Assembly: GCA_050084985.1 (NCBI GenBank)
Contig: JBITNC010000001.1
Location: forward strand, 3,534,001-3,598,000
DNA length: 64,000 nt
Direction of reading: 5' to 3'
Origin: Nageia nagi
Taxonomy: Eukaryota; Plantae; Pinophyta
The translations under genes and the position numbers were made by a program. Of the stretch, positions 61,501 through 64,000 are shown one piece after another. The stretch's first letter is position 1; each line of letters opens with the position of its first letter. The notes beneath the pieces were generated by a model. That model worked only from the letters and a program-made list of their open reading frames with translations, did not search any database and was not told where the DNA came from.

Positions 61501-62031
61501 TCATAGCCAATGGCATTGGGAGAAATGCTTTCAAAATAGCCAAATTAAATGGGTGGAAGCTATTAATTTCAGTAAATAGGTAGCATTTGAAACATTATAA
61601 GCCTGCATGGGTGGGAGAATGCTTTTAAAAGAGAATTTACTACCCTTGTAAATATTGTAAATATGATGTGTTTTGCATTTAATTTCCAAAGTAGCAGTAC
61701 ATTTTTGTTCAATGATAATATTAATGACTTAAGGCATTTTTAGCATCTTTAGAATTAGAGTTCCCAAGAAAAGCCTAGGAGCATCAAATCAGTTATTAAT
61801 GAAAATGACTCAACAGTTATGTCACATGATTGAAAAAATAAATACAAGGCATGGGAATTTAAGAATAAAAGTAGTGAAGATGATGCATTTCAAAACATAC
61901 AAACTCTATAACTTTCGAAGAGTAGTAGTTATCTGAATTTCTAGTCTTCAATAGAGCCAAGAAATACAGAGCATCATTCAGAATCATTAAGTCAAAGCAA
62001 AGTATACTTGGAAGCTTAGTCTAAGAGGAAT

Positions 62032-64000
62032 ATGGTGCAAACTCCAGGAAGGGTAGTTAAAAAGGTTATGGATTCAATAGAGTTGCTATGAGACACTAAA
62101 ATAACCACTCACAACAAGAATCCAAAGGGCATCGTAGAAGGTAAGTGTCCTATTTTTGGATTTAGTCATATCACTCACACACTAATGGGGTTAGGGCTCA
62201 TGTATTTTATTCCTCGTAGATGTTTCCCAATACTAGAGTTGATAGAGCTAATCAAAGGGGCATTTGATCCTACAATGAGGGTTGTAAGAAACTTATAGGG
62301 AAGGGTAGTTCTCATCCTAAACCCCACATCTGTAGCTAGCACTTTTAATCCACTTGCCCCATTCTCTCCCCTATCTTGATAAATTGGGACATAAATCCAA
62401 GCTCAAATATGAGAATGAACATCCTATCTTAGCTCAACAGGAATGTGGATGATGTTATAAATTTCTTAGAAGTTCCACATTCTAAATTGTTGTTATCTAA
62501 TTTCTCCTTGCATCTGTAATTGTTGTTATCTATGTTGTTAGTAGTAGTAAGGGAGAAGTCGGATAAATATATCTCACTGGCAAAGCTTGCCATAGCGTAC
62601 CAGATCTCTCACCCAAATACTCCCACCATTTATGATTGGGTTGTTGCTATTTTAGATAGGATTTTAGAATAATTACAAGAAATTGATTAAGTATCTAACT
62701 TTGCATATGCATCATATATTGTTTGGTTGGTAATTCATCAAAATTCAGGATTCTTAAAAAAATTGACCTTAATTAAGGATGAAGGAAATGGGTCCCCTAG
62801 GTCTATGGATAAATGGAATGAGGAAGTAAGGTCATCAATCAATTACTATAGCTTTGTGGAAAACTTTTTAGTTCCAACCATGAGTCTATTTGCTCTTGAA
62901 ATTCCAAGGCTATCGAAAGCATCAAAATTGTATCTTCGAATGCCTCATGGTGAGATTGGAGATTGGTTCTTTGTTAAGGAAGGAACATTCATTAGACTTT
63001 ATGGTTTTATGGGCACCCCTTTCTTATTTCGTATACATGTCACTGATTGGATCTTTAGTATAGAGTATGGAAGGCAAATAGACTATGTAGATGCAAAATA
63101 TGGAGTTATGGCTAAGAAGAGATTGGTTTATGCTCTACCTCACAAGGTGCATGACATGGTACTCCAATGTAGAGGAGGGGGTGACCAACTAAAGGAGAAG
63201 CTACTCAGGTTGAAGTTGATAAGGATCAATCAATATCAGTTATATGATCTGAAAGATGTGTTTGGTAAAAGGTTGAAAAATCAACCCAATCCTCCTAGCT
63301 TTAAAGTGAAAGCCAAACCAGAGCTGGACCAGTGGAGAAATCCAAAAGAGAAGGATATACCAATGCCCATGTCTTTGATTTATAAAGATTTACTACCATT
63401 ATGGATGAGTTTTAATGAAAATAAGGTAGTTTATAATCCAAGGATTGACTCAATTTCCAAAAAAGCTTTGGCTACATTGAGAAGGTTTAAGTGGAGCAAA
63501 GAGAAAATTGATGCATTTAACCAATACCAAATTGAATCGAGGAATAAATTCATTCCCTTGAGTCTAACCTTAATGATGTGTTTAAGGATATGTAGGAGAT
63601 GGAACACCCTTCAGATGTCCCTGTTGAAGAGTATCCTAAAAGTGATGATGAAGAAGAAAAAGATCAGCCAGAAGCCCAAGGAATTAGCCAAGAAGAGCAA
63701 GCTAAAGAAGAGGTTAGAGAAGCTACCTTCAAAGCTATATAAGAGACATCAAAAGGGAAATAAGTGTATATGGTTAAGAGGAAAGCTCAGAAGGCCCCCC
63801 TTTCACCTAAGAAGAAGAGGAAGGCACCTGCTCTAATAGGTACACTTTCTTTTTCTCCTTCTTCTACTTCTCTTTCAGATACCTCTAGTTTAAACCCTAT
63901 CATACCAATTTATATTCAAGTTGTCTCACCCATTTCTACTCAAGCCCCCCTTTCTATAGTTGTGATGACCTCTCTTACACCCACCACACAACCAATTTTG
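62032..64000 (+). pseudogene. Accessory ORF 3' of pol in the Tat element, homologous to the family-A/B module ORFs; runs off the right edge
   Basis: FIRLYGFMGTPFLFRIHVTDWIFSIEYGRQ (ORF 62727-63836) aligns with YIRIHGSVVQPYRLPRLVSNRLLLMEMMRQ (A) and YLQVYGSKVRPYLLARYASNCLILMEFYRQ (B). Upstream FPILELIELIKGAFDPTMRV aligns with FPELCYEV. An acidic linker follows. Confidence 0.75.

Larger units (their letters stand above)
55438..61610 (+). pseudogene. Tat-type Ty3/gypsy gag-pol: gag, PR, additional RNase H, RT, RH, INT (heavily decayed)
   Basis: gag HEDVMVRLLA*SFKGKVLDWY; PR YLVDSGVATTIMP (57563-58009); RT FTTKWGTFSFQRMPFGLSNVGAIFQR...LVYLDDITIF (59264-59533); RH ~59900-60300; INT GHYSG...GYYWSTMFRDA..VQSC, YYP*GNGLVESTNK and a GPY motif near 61490. 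Confidence 0.92.

Overview
This is AT-rich eukaryotic DNA, plant-type and most consistent with a large gymnosperm genome (inference from the retroelement types). It is almost entirely nested, decayed transposable elements plus the 5' end of one host gene. 1-30.5 kb is a stack of LTR retroelements: two chromovirus-like Ty3/gypsy elements (one lacking RT/RH/INT), Ty1/copia remnants, a solo LTR, and four copies from two related families of an unusual solo-LTR-like module. The three complete modules have TGTTG...CAACA ends and 5-bp TSDs. Full-length modules contain an array of 50-60 bp palindromes, a ~1,000-codon accessory ORF and a downstream LTR-type promoter. 30.5-34.5 kb holds an L1-type LINE 3' end, two tRNA-type SINEs and a small non-autonomous LTR element. 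36.4-40.1 kb (minus strand) holds the first three exons of a folylpolyglutamate synthase (FPGS) gene and a chimeric pseudo-exon. 42.3-50.9 kb is a decayed hAT transposon (8-bp TSD) interrupted by a Pack-CACTA element (3-bp TSD) carrying PLS/DYW-PPR gene fragments. 53.7-64 kb is a Tat-type Ty3/gypsy element with an extra RNase H between protease and RT and, 3' of pol, a homologue of the accessory ORF. Everything was read by eye; boundaries without a TSD are approximate and family names are unverified.
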